From: Bugula neritina
Lineage: Eukaryota; Animalia; Bryozoa
Assembly: GCA_964035545.1 (NCBI GenBank)
Contig: OZ037773.1
Span: 3,873,751 to 3,937,750, forward strand
Reading direction: 5' to 3'
Length of the DNA: 64,000 bases
Of the stretch, positions 1 through 10,800 are shown piece by piece (positions within the stretch are counted from its first letter, which is position 1; the number at the start of each line of letters is the position of its first letter). The translations under genes and the position numbers were made by a program. The notes below the pieces were generated by a model, which was given only the letters and a program-made list of their open reading frames with translations, did no database searches and was not told the origin of the DNA.

Positions 1-61
1 TAATAAATAACAATGTTTCTCGTATACCTATTTATAATTAAATTGCTAACTCGTAAAGATA

Positions 62-96
<35 letters not shown>

Positions 97-1818
97 ACTT
101 TTCATACTGCTGAAGTATGCTATCATTATAAGCAATCATTAGCATTTTGTGTGGTAAAATGTGATGTTTATGTTCGATGTCAATGCTAATGTTTTTTTGC
201 TCTTCATGGCACAGTATAGTGCTACCACTTTGCTGCTATAATACTGTATTACATATAACAGTGTAAAACCAGAATTTTAGATACTGATAGCAAAACTTGC
301 ACCTTTTGTGACAATGATACTATTTTAATGTCATTTGAATACAATTTACTACTCTGATAACTCTTAGTTTTAGGTTTAAATTATAATTACATTCCTAAAC
401 TTTAATTACAAATGTTACATTCTCTTGTGTCATAAAAATTTGATTCAATTTAAAATAATTATATGTTTGATCATGGGGATATAAAACAAACAATAAACAA
501 TACGAATCACAATTTATATTTTCAATAAACTACTTCGAGCTCTTACGTTGATATTCAAGTTGTAGAATTTAAAGGTAACTGTAACAATAAAGACACTGGG
601 AAAAGCCAGTGTTCTGAATTTGAAATGTCACTAAAAAATTATGTTCTTGGAAAAGTTTCAATCCGAAGTTAAATGATTAGGACTGTATCAATTTCTCTAC
701 TATTACCGTTCAGCTGCCAATAACAGAGCTACTTTAAAGTAAATAAACAATTCATTTGAACATTTGAACTGTTGACTCACAATGGCTACTGTTGTCCAAC
801 TAATTCTATGATCTTCCAGGAAACTCCCGGCAATGTTTGTTATCTGAGCCTGTAACTGATTTTCTGAGAGCCTGCAAGCCTCTCTAGTAAATTGATTGAG
901 AAATGAGAAATCTTCATTCTTTAGCTGTCTAAGCACTGAATAAAAGCATTTAATAGTTATTTTAAATAAATTCGAACAACAATTTCTCACAAATAAAATT
1001 TAACCACTTTTAGCAATAACTTTTAATTTTAATTTTTTAATTTTAATTTTTACTCCATCAACTTTTCATTGCTAAAAAGTTGATAGATTGTTTAAAATAT
1101 TGATTTCAATCACTAAAATGCTTAAAACTGAGTAAAGCTATAAAGAACAATTCTCTTTTAAAAACAAAATTGAAGATAGATAATTCTTTGTGCAGTTGAC
1201 TCGGAAAAAACCTATTATTTTTCCTCGTCACAACAAAAACATTCTGAAAAAGTAATGATATTATTTACCATTGCAAAAATGTAATAGCTTTTAATTTTTT
1301 TCTTGCCATAAATTATTAACGGACATATAACGGAGGTTGCACTTGCCTATTCTATCCATTGCTATAATAACTGGAATATGTGTTTTATTGAGGAGCTCAT
1401 CAACATCTATTCCCAGTAAATCTGCCAACTCTTCCTTCATTTGCAAATACTGTGATTTGGTATAAAATTGTCTTTCAGCACTATGATAAAATTACACACA
1501 TTTATACCATATATAAACAATATATATACGATATACAAACAATATACAAACAAAATATAAACAATATAATATATACAATATATAAACAATATATATACAA
1601 TATATAAACAATATATAAGCAATATATAAACAATATATAAGCATTATATAAGCACTATATATACGATGTATAAACAATATATATATAATATATATATTAT
1701 ATATTATATATGATGAATAGCATGAATAGTATAGCTAAAGGTATCTCAGTTTAGATATAATATATACATACCCATATGCAACATAACTTCTGAAGATATC
1801 ACTTGATGTTGGAATCAT
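1..1818 (-). CDS. Divergent Bcl-2-fold-like protein, paralogue A (3' end runs off the window)
   Basis: Manually spliced exons are 1818-1772 (47 nt), 1480-1347 (134 nt, GC-AG donor gcaagt), 935-781 (155 nt) and a probable exon starting at 27 that runs off the window. Protein: MIPTSSDIFRSYVAYG/AERQFYTKSQYLQMKEELADLLGIDVDELLNKTHIPVIIAMDRIV/LRQLKNEDFSFLNQFTREACRLSENQLQAQITNIAGSFLEDHRISWTTVAI/(VYEKHCYLL...). FLEDHRISWTTVAI resembles BH1 (FxDGxxNWGRIVA). Exon sizes and phases are identical to the gene at 2685-7425. Confidence 0.8.
1500..1710. repeat. AT-rich minisatellite (aaacaatatatat-like) in intron 1 of paralogue A
   Basis: Degenerate tandem units are visible; they explain the spurious Y/I/L/C ORFs at 1437-1677. 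Confidence 0.8.
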
Positions 1819-2684
1819 GTTTCTTATGTTGCCTCACAATTGATGCTTTACTGAAAAAACTTTTGAACTAAATCCTTTTTAGCAAATGCAAAAAATTGAT
1901 TTGTCACTTTTTTTAAAACCCTTCAAATTGTTGAATTACAACGTGAAAAATATCTGTTCAAGCAATTTAAAAAGCATATATAAAATGAATTTTAAATGAA
2001 AACTGACGCTTCATGGATCATCCAGACAAAACTACCTCATTTCTTTATAAACATTTGTTATTAATAGAATTTCTGAAACAGAGAACAGTTATCAGAGAAA
2101 AGAAAGCTGAGAAAAGCTACAAGCTTATATTACATAACAGCTGGTACACATGGCCAATAATTTTATATATACTCAAAATAATGCAGGTTTTTATTATGTT
2201 ATTTCGTTAGTAATAGTTTTTCTGCATTATAATTTTATGAACCAAGTCTTGACAATTTAGCTCAGGTTTGAAGTTGCATGTTAGGTCATAGAGGTGGGCG
2301 CAGTCTACAACAGAGCTAAAAATACTTGGCAGTAATGAGAATTTCAACTACAATGCTTACAGTAAATATTTAAAAAAGCTAAACAACTTGGTAAAAGCAT
2401 AGCTATTTCACTCTGGTTATAATCATCAAAAAGCTAGTATTTTCTTTAATGTACATTTTTATACTTTAAACGATAACGAGCACACTGGTTTTAGTAATTT
2501 TGATATAACTGCAACTAAAGTTACTTATTCAAAATACTAAACTGAAATTATAAGAGTTAGTTTCCTTTTAAAAGTCATAGTCATATTAAAGCGATAATAT
2601 TTTATACAAATTGATCGAGTTTTACAAAAAGCCAATCAGCAAAGAATCTGACGTAGATCACATCTGTTTTATCAATCGACTAAG
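1819..2684. promoter_or_regulatory. Putative shared bidirectional promoter of the two Bcl-2-like genes
   Basis: 866 bp between divergent ATGs; GC-box-like gggcgc near 2296 and a CCAAT box (agccaatcag) near 2630. Transcription starts were not located. Confidence 0.5.
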
Positions 2685-5600
2685 ATGATTCCAACAACAA
2701 CTGACATACTCATATGTTACATGGCTTTCGGGTATGTAGTCATGTGCTATATTGTTTGTTAGACTGAATAGAAGTATGACATATTTATATATGGACATTG
2801 TACATCTTTATATATCTATATGCATGCACTACAAAAGTAAGTGCTTTTAGATATTTTCAGTATAGCACTTAAGCCATGTCTATATAACATGGATTATAAA
2901 ATTTAGTCATGGTTTAGGGGTTAAGGCATTTGCCTAGTAAGCATGAAGTTATGGGTTCAACCCCCCCTCCCCTCCCCCCTCCCCCCTCCCCGACCAAGGT
3001 CATTGGTGATGTTAGGAAGAGCATCCAGTCATAATTGCTCCTATGCCTCATTTAAATATAAGTTCTTAGCCTGATTCAACAAAAACCCTTTTCTATCAAG
3101 GTTTTTTGAAAGCAGGCTAAGGACTTATTCCAATGTGGCACAGGAGATACTTTTTCTAACATCGCTACTGGCCTTTGCCGAGTTAGAACCCACAACTCCG
3201 TGTTTACTAAACCAAAACCCAAACCCCTGCTCAAGTTTTTGTACTACATTCTACGATTTGCTCTCCTTATTCTAATAATGAGCTCTACTCATGATTAATG
3301 GTGAACTTTGAACTTGTAAAGATTTTTTTTTTGAATTATACAAATCTTTATTAAGGTTATCTTAATGCTGGCATTGCATTAGCAGAATATGGTTTATATT
3401 TACAGCTAAACTGAAGCAGAAAATAGAAAACTGAACTTTGCCCTTTTAACTATCCAATAGGGTTTAACAGCCCTAAATATAGTGCTCTCTCTATATCTCA
3501 CTATGACAGCTCTCAACAAATTCCATAGGTCACAACAAGCGATTGGACCCAAATTTTATGGCTTATATTATATATGTGTGTATTATCAGAATAAAATGAC
3601 TAGAATTTAACCTTTTTCTGGTATTCTACCATGAACCATAACATAGCCAGATAAGGAGGGAGCACTGTGTAGTTAGTCAATAATTGAGTCTGATATCTAT
3701 GCTAACTATAGTCATGATTATACAAAACTAAGGTAAATAATAATTATATTGTTCTTCAATCATGTGACAATAGATAGAAATCATAGTAGAAGCCTTGGAG
3801 TTTTTATATGGTCTAGCTGCAGTCCTGTGTTGTCCCTTAGTGTAAAGTTAGACCACTTGCTTACAAGCCAGAGGTCACGGTTTTGAATCCCAGTATGGGT
3901 AATTTTTTTCTACTATTCTAGAACTTTAGGAATTAAATTGCTTTAAATTTATATAACTATTATATTGCTATGATAGAATTTTCAACTTTTATATTAAAGT
4001 TATAGTGCTTGGATTTTCGAATAAGACATATTGGAAATATATTATAATGTAGCTATATAATTCATATATCTTTTATTCGTAAGAGTTATCTCTCCATATT
4101 ATTCGTAAGAGTATCTCTCCATGTTATATTGTTATAGAGCCTCCCTAGGCGATGCGTACAAGGCAGCTTATTCTGCCAAAAAACAGCACCTTGCGAAGGC
4201 TCTCAACAGAGACGTTAACTCTCTGATCAACCCATCCTATCAGCCAATCATAGACGCAATGAATGCTATTCGTAGGTTCTTTAATTTAACCTTCAAATGT
4301 TCAAATGACAGTTTTAGAAATCTTTGTAATTGTTTTCAACTGTATTAGTTTAGCTCTTTCACTCTCTCAATTGGATGTTATTGCACTATAAAGTTCCACT
4401 ACTTATTTGTAAGTAAAAAATGATAAAATGTTGTATGTATTCTGTAAAAAGAACTTTTCAATTTTATTTCATTTAAATTGATCTTGATATTTTATTAGAA
4501 TGTCAACAATCTAATAGTTGTAGCTTGAAAACTTGTAAAATACTACCTTCAACCAATTTTCTAGCAATAATTTAAGTCACAAATAACATGTTACAAACTA
4601 GGAGTATGGTGCAGCCATCACGTTAATGTTAAACCCAAAACTCTTACTGAAACAAAGTTCTATATCTGTGTGTTTGTGTTTGTGTGTCCGACTGTGTTGT
4701 AAGAGTGTTTGTGTTGTATATGTGTGCTGTATGTGTTTTTCTGTTATATCTAGGTTGTGCGCTTGTCTATGTTGTAAGTTTGTTTGCGTGTTATGCGTTG
4801 TGCACATGTGTAGCACATTTGTGAATCATTATCTCATACTTCCAGCTCCTGTCGACAGAATTACATATTCATCACGACAGCATCATATGATCATCACATT
4901 TAAAGTTTTATAGTCGGCAAAATTGCCACAAACTCAGAATAAAATGTATATTATACTACTTTTGCTGGTTCATTCTAACGAACCACTTGATATTACTATA
5001 ATATACTACTTTCTCAGCCATATTTTCATATTTGCCTATGGTTTATTTGCATACAATTCTATCAACAGGTAATAGGCAACAAATGTTACCAGACCAAGCA
5101 TTCTTAAATAGGTATGTCGAGCACGTGGTAAAGCTGAGTAAAACCCAAATAGAAGACACTCTCGATGCTGTTTTAGTTCCAGCGATGAGTACATCCCCTT
5201 TCAGTTGGAGCAAAATGACCGTGGTGAGTGATAACCAAAATAGATTACAGCTGTGCGAACTCTATTGAAGATTTCGTCTTCCATCATAATTTTTCTGACT
5301 TTGAAAAATTTAAAGCCTATAAACTGATTGAGGTTATAATATTTTTGTAAATTGTTGATGCAAAACTTGAATTTATAACGCATGAGTATACTTTCAATTC
5401 ATCTTGCATGTCTGCTGCTTTATATTACAAGTTTTCTGTTAGTAATATATAAGAAGTAGTTGATGAGTCATTATCAAGTTCCTTGATTGTAGACTCATCA
5501 TGAATAACGAAAAAAACATTTATCGTTACAAAATTATTTATGTTTACAATACAATGGCTGAAAAACAAATATATGATGATGAGATGCTGATTGATTGATC

Positions 5601-7425
5601 AAAGTCTGTTGAATACAACAGTTTACAACCCTGCATATACACCTATGTGCAGGCACTCTTTTGCAAATCTTTTTATATGTAACTTTTTTAAAACAAAGTT
5701 CACTGAGGTATTCAGCGAACAAGAGTTTTCGCTAGTAAAACTAAATGACAGGAGTTGAAACTTGAAGTAAAAATACCACAGCTAATAGGATGAGTGATAG
5801 CAATAAGTCTAGTGTTGAGTTTACCCAGTGGTGCAGGTGGTGTAATGGTTAACACACTTGCTTGCAAGCCAGAGGGCTCGGGTTCAATTCCCAGTGGGGG
5901 CAATTATTTTACAAGCTATTTCGGCCTTTAGTAAAATGTAGTACTCTGAGGAGTTGAGTGGCCAGGAGAGCCTGATGACTGAAGGAGTAGTAGATAGGCC
6001 AGTGGAGTTGAGAGAACTGGGTGAGATGTAGTGTTGAGTCCCGTGGTGTAATGGTTAGCACACTTGCTTGCGAGCTAGAGGACTCTGGGTTTGATTCCCA
6101 GTGGGGGCAATTATTTTACAATAAATGCACCAGTAACTAACATTGGTTGGTCTAAGACTCAAAATCTATAAACACTTTTGACAGTATTATTTACAATGAA
6201 TGAAATTGTTAAAAGGATTTTGAAATAATATTGTTGTGAACTTCTGTTTAAAACTTCTAAGAAGTCACACATAGTTAGTAAATTATATCTTTTAGTTGGG
6301 TGGGTTTGCTTGTCCATGAAATGCTTTGCATTGCAGCAACTTTTAAAAAAAATTTTTACTCCATAATCAGTTGAACAAGATTTTCAACGTACTAAAGGTG
6401 TTTATTTTTGTCATTAAAACAAGAATATGCAATGCATAAGCAGGGCAGCATCATTGTTTGAATTTTTATGTAATCCTCCACTACACCAAATACCACGTGA
6501 CCCAGATCTTCAAAGCACAACAAATAGCTTAATAATTTTCTAAGCAAAACGAAATTCCTGAGTTACCAAAAACCTTTTCATCAGGGGTTCTCACAGAGAT
6601 GGTGACTATAAACCTTTGTGAGTATTTTTATGTGATGATGCACATAATAGGCTATTTGTTGTAGATAATGCATGTTCTCTCATGGATTGGTTGTTTGTTG
6701 CTGCGAGAAACGTCTGATATGAGTAAAATCGGGACAGTGGTAACCTGGTGGACTGTATTCTCCAGATACTTCAAGGATAAAGCAACTGGTCTCTGTATTG
6801 ATGAGTGGGTCCTTCAAAACAACTGTTGGGTATGTTTTCAGATCATTTGTTTTATTTTCAGTTTAAAAATAATTATAGTGTCAAGGTTAGCTAGTTGGAA
6901 GTAAAATGAACAAAGACGTCATTGTAATAAGAAATGTGAAGAGCTTCTTGATTGGATGAATTGAAATACTACGAGTATTTAGAAGTAATTAAAAGTATTT
7001 GGAATTTTGGATAGATTGTCTCAAGCACCCTACAAGGATATTCATAATTTTCATAGTTTCAAGCAATAGTTTTTTGTATTCCAAATTTAGTTTTATTTGC
7101 ACAATGTAACAGGAGACAAATGTAAGAAAAATGCATGTGATTAATTTATAAAGTTAAAATTATACCACAAAAATTGATATTATTTTGTACATAGCTGGTA
7201 TTACACTGCAAACAGTTTGTGGTTTTGTCATTGTGAACAGTTGGTATGTGTATTTAAATGTATGAATATATATATGTATCCAAATTATTGCAGTCAGGAA
7301 TAATGATTCAAAGTGAGAGGCAACAAGCATACCTACCAATGAAGTACATAAGCTTAGACACCTTAGCCTCTTACAAGGTACCAGAGAAGTATGTGCCCTT
7401 CCAAAGCATTCCTGGTGATCATTAA
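2685..7425 (+). CDS. Divergent Bcl-2-fold-like protein, paralogue B (210 aa, 5 exons, no C-terminal TM helix)
   Basis: GT-AG exons 2685-2731, 4138-4271, 5069-5223, 6665-6829 and 7294-7425 join in frame (633 nt). Motifs: BH4-like TTDILICYMAFG, BH3-position IIDAMNAIRNR, BH1-like PFSWSKMTV/IMHVLSWIG, BH2-like IDEWVLQNNCW/SGI. A phase-0 intron follows the BH2 Trp, as in Bcl-2 family genes. Confidence 0.8.
2905..3105 (+). mobile_element. tRNA-derived SINE, family A (degenerate copy)
   Basis: A-box-like tggtttagggg and B-box-like gggttcaacc; the body matches the reverse complement of 63051-63234. Confidence 0.75.
3099..3232 (-). mobile_element. tRNA-derived SINE, family A (internally deleted, tail-to-tail with the previous copy)
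   Basis: Segments gctaaggacttatt, cacaggag, ctaacatc, tggcctttg, gaaccca, gtttacta and aacccct align with 63070-63232 in the same orientation. Confidence 0.65.
3832..3909 (+). mobile_element. Short tRNA-like SINE or pseudo-tRNA, family B
   Basis: Shares cacttgct..caagccagagg and a B-box-like tgaatcccagt with the copies at 5824 and 6038; ends in a T-run. Confidence 0.55.
5824..5913 (+). mobile_element. Short tRNA-like SINE or pseudo-tRNA, family B
   Basis: A box tggtgtaatgg, B box ggttcaattcc, 3' gggggcaattatttt; the acceptor and anticodon stems are imperfect. Confidence 0.7.
6038..6120 (+). mobile_element. Short tRNA-like SINE or pseudo-tRNA, family B
   Basis: Head gtcccgtggtgtaatggttagcac resembles the tRNA-Gln D-arm; T-arm ctggg-tttgatt-cccag; same 3' tail as the 5824 copy. 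Confidence 0.7.
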
Positions 7426-7826
7426 TTTACCCCACATATTATAGTCAAAACTTATTTTTATATGATATCTTTAACATGTTGGTTATTGCTATAGAAAATA
7501 AAGGCAAGGTTTATACTCAAGTATCCAGGTTGATTATTATAGTGCGTCTTTGCTGTCTTTTTCACAGCTATATTCTCATACAAGAACAATTAAAATAGAT
7601 TACGTTTGGATGAACAAAAGAAATTCATTTTTGACTTCGATTTCCCAATATTATATTTATCTGCCTATTTAACCATATAATTACAAATGATATAAAATAC
7701 ATGGAAACATTTAATAGACAGCAGTACACAAAGAAGTTCATGTAAACACAGAAGCTGCAGTAATATCGCCACAACACTACTTAACTTGACTTGAGATAGA
7801 AAAAAAAAAAAAAATCAATTTTGAGA

Positions 7827-10800
7827 TTATTTTCTACGCCTTTTATTGGCTGGTTTTCGACTATTCCTCTTGGAGCTAGAAAGCCATCTTTCTTGCTTAT
7901 CCTCCCACGCCAACTGCCTGGCACCTGAATTAGCAGCACATAAACAAGTGTGAATAAACTACACGGTGAATCATTTCAATAGAATGCTGCCATCATTAAC
8001 TTCTCAAGCAGTCGCCACAAGCTACATCAACAATATATATGAGCTGCACAACATTGCACTGCATTCACCGAGTAAACAAGAAATGCTGAATTGACTGATG
8101 AAACAGGAAATGCTGTATCTACTGATAAAACAGGAAATGCTGTATCTACTGATAAAACAGGAAATGCTGTATCTACTGATGAAACAGGAAATGCTGTATC
8201 TACTGATAAAACAGGAAATGCTGTATCTACTGATGAAACAGGAAATGCTGTATCTACTGATAAAACAGGAAATGCATGGCACACAGCCGACAAACAGGAA
8301 ACACATACTTGCTTTGCCTCTGTTCACCACGGCGTTGGAGGAAGTCGAGTCTAGCAAATCTGCTGACTCCTCATCTAGCAGGTCAGCAAATTCCTCTGCG
8401 GCAGCAAAAACAGAGCCCGAGTTTTTACTCTTCTTAGTTAGCCTTAGAGAAATGATAAAACACCAAGGTTAATGAAAAGATGGTAATATAAATGATTATT
8501 GGCGGGCAGTTAAAATGGCTAACTATCCAAATTGCTCTAATATTCTCCAACTAACCAGCAGTTGAAACAAAGAGCATTGATTCATGGCATACTAGATAAT
8601 GCTGTCAACAAACCATATATTTCTTTCTTGCAAAACTAGCAACAGTAGTGTGAATGGGTGAATGTTACAAAAGTAATAAAATTCCATGTCAACTGTAATG
8701 TTAAAAGCGACCAGTTTTTCAAGCTTTACCGATAACTTTTAATAATAGAAGAAGTAAACTTCCATGTTCAAAAGCATGTGATATTTAAGCAATAACAACA
8801 TGTAAGACAAAAAATACGAACGTGTTTTTAGACGACTTGAATATGTCTTTAGTCTTTTTAGCTTTAGATGTTGCCGCGAAGTCACCAAACTCATCGTCTG
8901 AAATATGCACACATTGTTAGAGTGACACAATACTAACTTAGCAGCTGCTCGGCCTTCCAGTTCATTCAGCAGAGATTAATAAACTGATTTACAAGATTTA
9001 GGTTTCAAACCAACAAACACCGACAACTAAAAGCATTAGAAATTATCATGATTCAGTTCAAGTCTGTCATTTGTGCAACGGCTTTAACACAAGATAGTTT
9101 TGTTTAGAATGTAAGATACAGGCTGATATTGGAATAAGCAGAGCAGAAGACTTACCAGAGAACTCAACATTCTCTTCATCAAAGTCGGGGGCTGGTGCAA
9201 AGACCCCCTCCATAGCCTCGTCGTCCATGTCTAGAGGCAGATCACTGCTATCATCACTCTCCGCATCGTCAGACATCTGACCAATAAAGTAGTAGCTTAA
9301 TAAGTACAACATATCGAGACAGCAACTACAAACAAATAAATATTTTACGAAAAAAGATTACCTGCACATCATCTTCTGGGTCTATTTCATCATTCAGATC
9401 GTCGTCATCAAGGCCAAAGTCTGAAGGCTTTAGCCCTAAATCTTCAGCCTCGTCATCTTCTAAATAATTGAAGAACTAAGGTTATAAAATGTGCCGAAAG
9501 AAACAGGGAATAAATGATCAGTTATAGAGGGAGTGGCTAGTGAGTTATAGAGGGAGTGGCCAGTGAGTAATAGAGGGAGTGGCTAGTGAGTTGAAGAGGG
9601 TGTGGCTAGTGAGTTATAGAGGAAGTAGCAAACAGGAAATGGCTGACCGACACTCACCATCACTATCTCCACTCTCAGGGTCACTGCCATCCTCCTCACC
9701 ATCAGATTTCTTTCCTTTACCAACGTCTGCCAAGGTTTTCTTTTTGAAGTCACTAGAATGCAAATAGGACTGAGTCATTTGACACAAATACAAAACCAAC
9801 TGCAAAATGATCTCCATAATCAAAAGTTTAGAGTTTAAATTATCATAAAAAAAGACCGGATGACTAAAGAGCTGTTTGATAAACACACGTAAATCACCAT
9901 GAGAACAAGTACCTCGCAAAGTCCGCACCAAACAGGTCTTCCTTCAAATCTGCATAGAGAGACTTCTCGTACTTGTGGAGATAGGAATCAAAGTCATCAT
10001 CGTCCACCTCACTTCCGTCAGAATCAGCAGCTTTCTCCTTCACTCCCAGGCGACTGCCCAACTTGTGTTTACTGCCGTCAGTTAGTTTGTGGAAATATCT
10101 GACACAAAGTAAAGAAATAGTAAAGAGACAGCGTGTGATAACTCCAACAGAAGAGTGGCAATGCATGACAAACATCACTGATAACCACTTCATAACTACA
10201 TTATACTGAAAAAATATCTGGCCATCTTCTAAAAATCATTCAAGTAGTGTAATACTACATGAATTAATGCTCTATTCACAGACACCCTGTGATACTGTCT
10301 GATACCAACTAATGCCTTCTAATGGACCCCATAGCATACTGACACCTTACGCTACTTTCTGACACCATGTTCTACTGTATGGCACTTTGTGATGCTGTCT
10401 GACACCACATATAAACACTCCAAACGTACCTGTGAAAAAATCTTTGGTCCACTGGCACATTTTCCAACTCCATGTTGTAAAACTCTTCAGAATTAACCGC
10501 AACACCTGTTGATTTCTTAAGTAACTCTCTGTTTTTATGCGAGCTGAGCGCATGCTTTGCTTTGTCTAAAACACAGCAGAATATAATGGAAAGACAACTC
10601 TACAACCTCAAAGCATTTAAAACTAAACTTAAGATATCAATTTATATACATAACTAGGCTGAGAAAAAAAGTTAACAAATTTATGGATGTCAAAATTATG
10701 ATACAAATAAATGAAACCTTTACAACAGTTCTCATTAAACAAACAGGAAAAGCGTGTATGTATACTTGTACACAACATGGCCCATACACATCCAACACTC

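Noticed and set aside
5824-6120. Functional tRNA-Ala(TGC) genes
   Set aside because: Acceptor and anticodon stems do not pair properly and the copies are diverged; treated as SINE or pseudo-tRNA.
8022-8357. Repetitive ORFs (ISCFISRYS, TDKTGNAVS)
   Set aside because: Translations of an intronic 27-bp minisatellite; the real CEBPZ exon ends at the gtatgt donor near 8308.
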